A DNA stretch of 64,000 nucleotides from an uncultured Erysipelotrichaceae bacterium (GTDB lineage Bacteria; Bacillota_I; Bacilli_A; RF39; UBA660): contig CADCIN010000004.1 in the NCBI GenBank assembly GCA_902801525.1, positions 16,948 through 80,947 on the forward strand. Reading direction: 5' to 3'. Positions within the stretch are counted from its first letter, which is position 1. Each line of letters opens with the position of its first letter. A program made the translations under genes and the position numbers. The notes below the pieces were generated by a model. It was not told the DNA's origin, did no database searches, and worked only from the letters and a program-made list of their open reading frames with translations. Positions 57,663 to 64,000 of the stretch are shown here, piece by piece.

Positions 57663-57950
57663 ATGAACAAATATGAATTAATGTTTATTGTAAAACCAGA
57701 TATGGAAGAAGCAGAAATTAAAAAAGTTGCTGAAGAATTAAAAAAGGTTTTAACAGATAACAAAGCAAAAGTTATTGAAGAAAAAGCAATGGGACAAAGA
57801 GAATTAGCTTATGAAATCAATAAGTTCAATAATGGATATTATTACTTATTCGTAGTTGAAGCAAATTCAGAAGCTATTAATGAATTTGACCGTGTTGTAA
57901 GAATCAACGAAAATTTATTACGTCATTTAATAGTAAAAGTAGAAGACTAA
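57663..57950 (+). CDS. rpsF: 30S ribosomal protein S6
   Basis: MNKYELMFIVKP start. ATG preceded by AGGAGG. Confidence 0.95.
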   Translation: MNKYELMFIVKPDMEEAEIKKVAEELKKVLTDNKAKVIEEKAMGQRELAYEINKFNNGYYYLFVVEANSEAINEFDRVVRINENLLRHLIVKVED

Positions 57951-57963
57951 TAAGAGGTAAAAT

Positions 57964-58437
57964 ATGAATAAAGTATTTTTAATTGGAAGATTAACAAGAG
58001 ACCCAGAATTACGTTATACTGGAAGCAATACAGCAGTTGCAACATTTTCAATAGCTGTTAATAGAAATTTTTCTAATCAAAATGGTGAAAGAGAAGCTGA
58101 TTTTATAAACATAGTAGTTTGGAGAAAACAAGCAGAAAATGTTAAAAATTATCTTTCTCAAGGTAGTCAAGTTGCTATCGATGGAAGAATTCAAACAAGA
58201 AGTTATGATGACCAACAAGGTCAAAAAAGATATGTTACAGAAGTTGTTGCTGACAACGTCGAATTCCTTGGATCAAAAAATTCATCAAGTGCATCAAGTT
58301 CTAGTTCAAGTTCAAAAGAACCAACACCATATGATTTTGCAGAAAATGGTTCTCCAAAAGGAACTGATGTAGAAAGCAATCCATTTGCTGACTTTGGATC
58401 AAATATTGAAATTAGTGATGATGAATTACCATTCTAA
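57964..58437 (+). CDS. ssb: Single-stranded DNA-binding protein
   Basis: OB-fold [19 protein letters not shown], Ser-rich linker, and acidic tip DDELPF. Confidence 0.96.
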   Translation: MNKVFLIGRLTRDPELRYTGSNTAVATFSIAVNRNFSNQNGEREADFINIVVWRKQAENVKNYLSQGSQVAIDGRIQTRSYDDQQGQKRYVTEVVADNVEFLGSKNSSSASSSSSSSKEPTPYDFAENGSPKGTDVESNPFADFGSNIEISDDELPF

Positions 58438-58453
58438 AAAAGGAGGAGTTAAC

Positions 58454-58672
58454 ATGGCAGAATTTTATAGAAAAAAAAGAAAAATATGTTTAATGTGCGC
58501 TGGAAAAGCAAATATTGATTATAAAGATCCAGAAACATTAAAAAGATATATAAATGAAAAAGGTAAAATTGTACCAAGACGTGTAACAGGAAACTGTGCT
58601 CGTCATCAAAGATATATAGCAACTCAAGTTAAAAGATCACGTGCTATAGCTTTAATGCCTTATACAAGATAA
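58454..58672 (+). CDS. rpsR: 30S ribosomal protein S18
   Basis: [34 protein letters not shown] (MAEFYRKK) preceded by AGGAGG. The ORF-track extension overlaps ssb. Confidence 0.95.
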   Translation: MAEFYRKKRKICLMCAGKANIDYKDPETLKRYINEKGKIVPRRVTGNCARHQRYIATQVKRSRAIALMPYTR

Positions 58673-58697
58673 TAGGATATTCCTATTATTTTTTTTA
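58672..58697 (+). terminator. Rho-independent terminator after rpsR
   Basis: ATAGGA-TAT-TCCTAT hairpin followed by a long T-run. Confidence 0.7.
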
Positions 58698-58761
58698 TGG
58701 ACTATTTATTAGACAAATACACTAAATTATTATATAATAAATGAGAAACATGGGAGGAAAT

Positions 58762-59742
58762 ATGGGCAATATATTAAATAAAAAAAAGATAAAAAGAATT
58801 TTTAGAAAATCAAAGAAAATTTATTTAATGGCACATACTAATTTGGACTTAGATGCACTTGGCAGTTGTATAGGTTTATATAATATATTAAATAGAAAAA
58901 AAGAATGCTTTATTATTATAGATGATAAAGAACACGAACTAGGAGTTAAGAAAGTTCTAAAAGAATTAGATGGTTGTTTAAATATAATAGAAAGTAAACA
59001 AATAGATAAAGAAAAGATTGGAAAGAAAAATTTATTAGTAATATTAGATACTAATGATCAATCAATGGTACAAAATTCAAAAATAATTGACTTTTTTGAT
59101 AAAAAACTAGTAATTGATCATCATGAAGTAAGTAAAAAAACAATTAAAGATGCTGAATTATTTATTAAAACAGATGCATCAAGCACATGTGAAATCATTA
59201 CTGATTTAATAGAATACTACGATATAGATACTGATTCATATTATGCAACACTATTACTAGCGGGTATAGTATTAGATACTAATAATTTTACTTTAAAAAC
59301 ATCACCTAATACATATTATTCAGCATATTATCTATCATGTCTTGGAGCAAGTGCAAAGAAAGTTCAATATTTACTAAAACAAGATATTAACGAATATGCA
59401 GAAAGTCAGAAACTATTAACTAATATTGAAATGTATAATAGTTCAATAGCAATATCAAAAGGAAATGCTAAAACAATATACAGAAAAGAAGAATTAGCTA
59501 GAACCGCTTCTACACTTTTATATTTTAATGATGTTGAATCATCTTTTGTAATAGGAAAAGTTGATAAAGATAAAGTAGGAGTAAGTGCAAGAAGTTTTGG
59601 AAATAAAAATATTGAAAAAATAATTGAAAAACTTGGTGGTGGTGGAGATGATTATCACTGTGCTACAGTTATAAATAAAAAAACAATTAATGAAGTAGAA
59701 AAAATGATTAAAGATGAAATAAAAAAACAAGAAGGTGAATAA
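58762..59742 (+). CDS. DHH/DHHA1 phosphoesterase at the GdpP locus, lacking TM, PAS and GGDEF-like domains
   Basis: MAHTNLDLDALGS (DHH motif I/II), DTN, VIDHHE, and a DHHA1 glycine motif LGGGGDDYH. Lies between rpsR and rplI, where Bacillus has gdpP. ATG preceded by GGGAGGAAA. Confidence 0.8.
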   Translation: MGNILNKKKIKRIFRKSKKIYLMAHTNLDLDALGSCIGLYNILNRKKECFIIIDDKEHELGVKKVLKELDGCLNIIESKQIDKEKIGKKNLLVILDTNDQSMVQNSKIIDFFDKKLVIDHHEVSKKTIKDAELFIKTDASSTCEIITDLIEYYDIDTDSYYATLLLAGIVLDTNNFTLKTSPNTYYSAYYLSCLGASAKKVQYLLKQDINEYAESQKLLTNIEMYNSSIAISKGNAKTIYRKEELARTASTLLYFNDVESSFVIGKVDKDKVGVSARSFGNKNIEKIIEKLGGGGDDYHCATVINKKTINEVEKMIKDEIKKQEGE

Positions 59743-59743
59743 G

Positions 59744-60184
59744 ATGGAAGTTATTTTTATTAAAGATTTAAAAAATCAAGGTAAAAAGGGTGAAATAAAA
59801 ACTGTTAAAGATGGATACGGAGAAAACTTTTTAATAAAAAATGGATATGCAATATTAAAAAATGATCAAAATATGAAAAAATTAAAAAGTGAACAAGCTA
59901 AAAAAGCCAAAGAAAATGAAGAAAATAAGAAAAATGCAGAAGAAATCAAAAAACAGTTAGACAAAATAACTATTGAATTTAAAGTAAAAACTGGAGTAGG
60001 AGATAGAGTATTTGGGAGTATTAGTTTAAAACAAATTAAAGAAGAACTTAATAAAAAAAATATTTCTATTGATAAGAAAATGATTGAAATTACGAATCCA
60101 ATTGCATCATTAGGATTTCACAACGTAAATATTAATTTATATCCAGGAGTAATAGCAAAATTAAAAGTACATGTAATAAAGTAG
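59744..60184 (+). CDS. rplI: 50S ribosomal protein L9
   Basis: MEVIFIKDLKNQGKKGEIKTVKDGYGENFLI is canonical L9. ATG preceded by AGGTGAA. Confidence 0.95.
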   Translation: MEVIFIKDLKNQGKKGEIKTVKDGYGENFLIKNGYAILKNDQNMKKLKSEQAKKAKENEENKKNAEEIKKQLDKITIEFKVKTGVGDRVFGSISLKQIKEELNKKNISIDKKMIEITNPIASLGFHNVNINLYPGVIAKLKVHVIK

Positions 60185-60194
60185 AGGTGAGATT

Positions 60195-61550
60195 ATGCCA
60201 GCAAGAACATTGCCAAATAATTTAGAAGCGGAAGAGTCAGTATTAGGAGCTTGTTTCCTATCAAAATATGCTCTTCAAAAGGCTTGTGAAAATTTAACAC
60301 AAGACTCTTTTTATGATGAGAAAAATGGTAAAATTTTTGCAACTATGTCATCACTTCTTGAAGAAAAAACACCAATAGATTTAACAACAGTTACAAGTAG
60401 CTTAAAAAATAAGAATGAATTAACTGAAGTTGGTGGTGTTGAATACTTAACAGAAGTAGTTAACTTTGTACCAACAGCATCAAATGTAGACTATTATATA
60501 AAAACTGTTGAAGATGCAGCAATATTAAGAAATTTAATTGAAACAGCAACATCTATAGCAACAGAAGGATATTCAACAGATGAATCAGTAAACGAAATAT
60601 TAGATAATTCTGAAAAGAAAATTTTAAATATTGTTAAAAATAGAAAATCAAGTGAATTTAGAACAATTAAAGATGTCTTAATAAAAACACAAGAAGATCT
60701 TGAAACTTTAGCTCAAACAAGAGGAGAAATTACAGGTCTTGCAACTGGATGGTATGACTTAGATAAAATAACAGCAGGATTACATCCTAATGAATTTATT
60801 ATTATTGCAGCTCGTCCTGCCATGGGTAAAACAGCTTTTGCCCTAAACTTAGCAACACATGCAGCCATGACACAAGATAAAGCAGTTGCAGTATTTAACT
60901 TAGAAATGAATGCAGAACAATTAGCAATGAGAATAATCTCTTCACTAGGTCAAATAGAAGGTTTTAAATTAAAAACAGGTAACTTAATGAATAATGATTG
61001 GAAAAGAATAAATGAAGCAATATCTCAATTATCAGGCACAAACATGGTAATAGATGATACACCAGGTATAACAATAGGAGAAATAAGAGCAAAATGTAGA
61101 AGACTTGCAAGTAGTGAAAAAGGTTTATCATTAGTTGTAATTGACTACTTACAGTTAATATCAGGTGGAAAAAATTATGGTACAAATAGACAGCAAGAAG
61201 TATCAGATATTTCAAGAAGTCTAAAAACACTAGCTATGGAGTTAAATGTACCAATAATTGCACTATCACAGTTATCACGTAGTGTAGAATCCCGTGAAGA
61301 TAAAAGACCAATAATGAGTGACTTACGTGAGTCAGGATCAATCGAACAAGATGCAGATATTGTATCGTTCTTATATAGAGATGATTATTATAACAAAGAA
61401 GCAAAAAATGAAGAAAATACAAGTATCAGTGAATTGATAATTGGAAAACATCGTAATGGACCTACAACAACTATTGAATTACTATTTAAAAAAGATACAT
61501 CTTCATTCTTAAATCTTAGAAAAGATAACTCACAAAGGGAGGAAAAATAA
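60195..61550 (+). CDS. dnaB: Replicative DNA helicase (DnaB family; DnaC in Bacillus nomenclature)
   Basis: PNNLEAEESVLGA, Walker A ARPAMGKTAFALN, VIDYLQLI, and LSQLSR. Confidence 0.96.
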   Translation: MPARTLPNNLEAEESVLGACFLSKYALQKACENLTQDSFYDEKNGKIFATMSSLLEEKTPIDLTTVTSSLKNKNELTEVGGVEYLTEVVNFVPTASNVDYYIKTVEDAAILRNLIETATSIATEGYSTDESVNEILDNSEKKILNIVKNRKSSEFRTIKDVLIKTQEDLETLAQTRGEITGLATGWYDLDKITAGLHPNEFIIIAARPAMGKTAFALNLATHAAMTQDKAVAVFNLEMNAEQLAMRIISSLGQIEGFKLKTGNLMNNDWKRINEAISQLSGTNMVIDDTPGITIGEIRAKCRRLASSEKGLSLVVIDYLQLISGGKNYGTNRQQEVSDISRSLKTLAMELNVPIIALSQLSRSVESREDKRPIMSDLRESGSIEQDADIVSFLYRDDYYNKEAKNEENTSISELIIGKHRNGPTTTIELLFKKDTSSFLNLRKDNSQREEK

Positions 61551-63053
61551 ATGCCTAATAAACCATTTAAAATATTATTAAATGTAATTTTAATTTCAAA
61601 TATATTTTTTACAGCAGGATTTGCATCAGTTAATAAAACACCCCAAACTTTATACAGAGTATATATAGGTGGAAAATCACTTGGATTAATAAAATCTAAA
61701 AGTTCACTAGAAAAATATATTGATAAAAGACAAGAAAAAATTAAAAAGAAATATAATGTATCAAAAGTATATGTACCAGATAATCTTGATATAGAAAAAG
61801 AAATCACATATTCAAATAATATTTTATCAAATGAAAAAATTTATAATAAAATAAAGGATGAATCTCCATTTACCATAGATGGATATACAATTAAAATAAA
61901 AAAAGTTTCATCTAATAACGAGAAAAAGAAAAAAGATGAATATATAACACTTTATGTATTAGATGAAAAAGTATTCACAAAGTCTGTGGATAAAACAGTT
62001 AGATCATTTGTAACGCCAGATGAATATAATGCTTATAAAAATAATACTCAAAAGAAAATAAAAGATACGGGAAAATATATAGAAAATATTTATATTCAAA
62101 ATGATATAACGGTAAAAAAATCACATATTCCATCAAATGCTAAAATATATACTAATAAAGAAGATTTAAGTAAATATTTATTATTTGGAACAACAGATAA
62201 ACAACAGCAATATACAGTTCAAGAAGGAGATACTATATCAGATGTAGCCTTTGCAAATAAAATATCTGATGAAGAATTCTTAATTGCAAATCCATCATTT
62301 ACAAGTGCTGATAGTTTATTATATCCAGGTCAGACAGTTACGCTTGGTATCATAAAACCACAGTTTAATGTTGTTGAAGAAGACCATACAGTTATCAAAG
62401 AAGAAAAAAATTATGAAACAGAAACAAGATATGATAATGAAAAAGAAGTGGGAACAACTGAAACACTTCAAGCTGGTGTAAAAGGTGAAAATAAAGTAAC
62501 TCAAAAAATCCAAAAAATAAATGGTGAGACTGTAAATATTGTTACAGTAAACACAGAAGTACTTAAAGAGCCAGTAAAAGAAATAATTGTAAAAGGTGGT
62601 AAACAATCTAGCTACTCAAGAGGTAGAGGAGGAGTTACATCTGGATATGGAAATGCTATTGCAACAAAAGGAGAATGGGGATGGCCTGCAACATGTTCAT
62701 CAGTATCAAGTCCATTCGGGTATCGCTGGGGAGTACTTCACGATGGAACAGATATTGCAGGATGCGGTTATGGATCAAATATTTTTGCAGCACAATCAGG
62801 AACCGTAGTTAAAGTCGCAAGTAAATTTGATAATGGTAATTATATAATTATTCAACATCCGAATGGATTCTATTCATTATATTGTCACCTATCTGGATTT
62901 AATGTTAAGACAGGCGATTATGTGGAAAAAGGTCAAGTAATTGGATTTATGGGTCAAACAGGATATGCAACAGGTGTACACTTACACTTTGCAATTTGGT
63001 ATGGATATCCCTATTATGGAGGACATGCATACAATGCAATGTCATTCTACTAA
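61551..63053 (+). CDS. Secreted M23 peptidase with LysM and G5 domains
   Basis: N-terminal hydrophobic signal/anchor. LysM (YTVQEGDTISDVAF...YPGQTVTL). G5-like (ETLQAGVKGENKVTQKIQKINGE). M23 motifs HDGTDIA and GVHLHFAI. The start abuts the dnaB stop. Confidence 0.85.
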   Translation: MPNKPFKILLNVILISNIFFTAGFASVNKTPQTLYRVYIGGKSLGLIKSKSSLEKYIDKRQEKIKKKYNVSKVYVPDNLDIEKEITYSNNILSNEKIYNKIKDESPFTIDGYTIKIKKVSSNNEKKKKDEYITLYVLDEKVFTKSVDKTVRSFVTPDEYNAYKNNTQKKIKDTGKYIENIYIQNDITVKKSHIPSNAKIYTNKEDLSKYLLFGTTDKQQQYTVQEGDTISDVAFANKISDEEFLIANPSFTSADSLLYPGQTVTLGIIKPQFNVVEEDHTVIKEEKNYETETRYDNEKEVGTTETLQAGVKGENKVTQKIQKINGETVNIVTVNTEVLKEPVKEIIVKGGKQSSYSRGRGGVTSGYGNAIATKGEWGWPATCSSVSSPFGYRWGVLHDGTDIAGCGYGSNIFAAQSGTVVKVASKFDNGNYIIIQHPNGFYSLYCHLSGFNVKTGDYVEKGQVIGFMGQTGYATGVHLHFAIWYGYPYYGGHAYNAMSFY

Positions 63054-63054
63054 A

Positions 63055-63810
63055 ATGAAAGTAAAGACAATTTCAAGTGGCTCAAAAGGAAATTGTGCAA
63101 TAGTAATTTGTGATAATATAAAAATAATAATAGACATGGGAATTTCTTATCTAAGTTTAAAAAAAAGCTTAGAAGATAATTCCCTTTCTATTGATGATTT
63201 TTCAGGAATATTTATAACCCATAGCCATAAAGACCATATTAAAGGATTAGCATCTTTAATAAAGAATACAAATATCCAAGTATTTATTCCAGAAAAAATG
63301 TATAAAGAACTAAAAGATTTTGTACCTGAAGATAGATGTAAATTTATAGATGATAAATTTAATATTGAAGATGTAGAAATAGAATTAATACATACTTCAC
63401 ATGATGTACCTACATCTGTAGGCTACATAATAAATTATCAAGGAAAAAGTATGATATATGTAACTGATACTGGTTATATAAATAGAAAATTTTTAAGTAA
63501 AATGACTGAAAAAGATATCTATGTTATTGAAAGTAATCATGATGAAAAAATGTTAATGGATGGACCATATCCAAGATTCTTAAAAGAAAGAGTAATAAGT
63601 GATAAAGGCCATTTATCTAATTACACAACAGCTAAATATCTACAAAAAATAGTAGGTAAAAATACTAAATATATTATACTTGCCCATATAAGCGAAACAA
63701 ATAATACAAAAGAATTGGCACTTAATACAACTAAAGATTTATTAAATAGAGACGATATAGAAATAATTGTCGCAAAACAGGATGAAGAAAGTAAATTTGT
63801 AGAGGTTTAA
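63055..63810 (+). CDS. walJ: MBL-fold metallo-hydrolase, YycJ/WalJ-like
   Basis: SGSKGNC, THSHKDHIKGL, VTDTGY, ESNHD, and SDKGHLSN are collinear with B. subtilis YycJ. The ORF-track 5' extension overlaps the M23 gene. Confidence 0.85.
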   Translation: MKVKTISSGSKGNCAIVICDNIKIIIDMGISYLSLKKSLEDNSLSIDDFSGIFITHSHKDHIKGLASLIKNTNIQVFIPEKMYKELKDFVPEDRCKFIDDKFNIEDVEIELIHTSHDVPTSVGYIINYQGKSMIYVTDTGYINRKFLSKMTEKDIYVIESNHDEKMLMDGPYPRFLKERVISDKGHLSNYTTAKYLQKIVGKNTKYIILAHISETNNTKELALNTTKDLLNRDDIEIIVAKQDEESKFVEV

Positions 63811-63811
63811 T

Positions 63812-64000
63812 ATGATTAAAATAATATGTGTTGGAAAAATAAAAGAAAAGTATTTTGTAGATGCAATAAAAGAATATCAAAAAAGATTAAGTAAATATAC
63901 AAATCTAGAAATTATTGAACTACAAGATGAAGCATATCAAGATATTAATAAAGTTAAACAAGTTGAAGGTGAAAAAATATTAAAAAACATAAGTAATAAA
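63812..64000 (+). CDS. rlmH: 23S rRNA (pseudouridine1915-N3)-methyltransferase RlmH, 5' part (runs off the window)
   Basis: MIKIICVGKIKEKYFVDAIKEYQKRLSKYTNLEIIEL is a canonical RlmH N-terminus. Not in the ORF track because it is truncated. Confidence 0.85.
   Translation, partial: MIKIICVGKIKEKYFVDAIKEYQKRLSKYTNLEIIELQDEAYQDINKVKQVEGEKILKNISNK

Noticed and set aside
61388-61807. 139-aa minus-strand ORF across the dnaB / M23 peptidase junction.
   Set aside because: It is antisense to two strongly supported genes. Shadow ORF.
62941-63054. 5' extension of the MBL hydrolase ORF in the track (starting MDLWVKQD...).
   Set aside because: It overlaps the 3' end of the M23 peptidase in another frame. 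The homology to YycJ begins at MKVKTISSGSKGN (ATG at 63055).
1-64000. Mollicute-style genetic code (TGA = Trp), considered because of the extreme AT content.
   Set aside because: Conserved Trp positions use TGG. TGA terminates tadA, whose ORF ends there at a full-length 148-aa deaminase. All long ORFs are intact under the standard bacterial code.

Overview
This is a very AT-rich chromosome segment of Firmicute type, centred on the replication origin. It uses the standard genetic code: TGA is a stop (for example at tadA) and TGG encodes Trp. All convincing genes left of about 44.1 kb are on the minus strand and all genes right of about 44.4 kb are on the plus strand. The switch falls at dnaA/rpmH, which is flanked by DnaA-box clusters, so this is a bipartite oriC. 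Gene order is a compacted version of the Bacillus ori-proximal map. On the left arm, reading away from oriC, it runs dnaA-dnaN-comK-recF-gyrB-gyrA-ffs-tadA-[repeat array]-dnaX-ebfC-recR-bofA-holB-ricT-yabB-rsmI-pth-mfd-hyp-spoVT-metG-tatD-hyp-sipW-rsmA-yabG-veg-spoVG-yabP-yabQ-divIC-tilS-ftsH-mscL-dusB-RDD-lysS-yfcC-clpC-cysS-mrnC-rlmB-sigH. On the right arm it runs rpmH-rnpA-yidC-jag-mnmE-mnmG-rsmG-noc-parA-parB-mscS-DUF951-abgT-ychF-rpsF-ssb-rpsR-DHH-rplI-dnaB-M23 peptidase-walJ-rlmH. I found no rRNA or tRNA genes, mobile elements, CRISPR arrays or defence islands. The RNA and regulatory elements I can support are a minimal 4.5S-type SRP RNA with its own promoter, a Met T-box leader, a candidate rpsF leader, and several promoters and terminators. 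The standout feature is the roughly 1 kb gene-free gap between dnaX and tadA. It holds a tandem array of six consensus parS sites spaced 105-107 bp apart, plus decayed copies. Two Noc-binding-site palindromes abut the array. The array lies about 10 kb from oriC, and the cognate noc, parA and parB genes sit on the other side of the origin. Secondary oddities are listed here:
- LysRS carries a C-terminal tRNA-binding domain that MetRS here lacks.
- The ClpC homologue has a degenerate second ATPase domain.
- FtsH has a Rho_N-like tail.
- A ComK homologue sits inside the dnaN-recF cluster.
- The GdpP-position gene is a sensor-less DHH phosphoesterase.
- Noc has a long low-complexity insertion.
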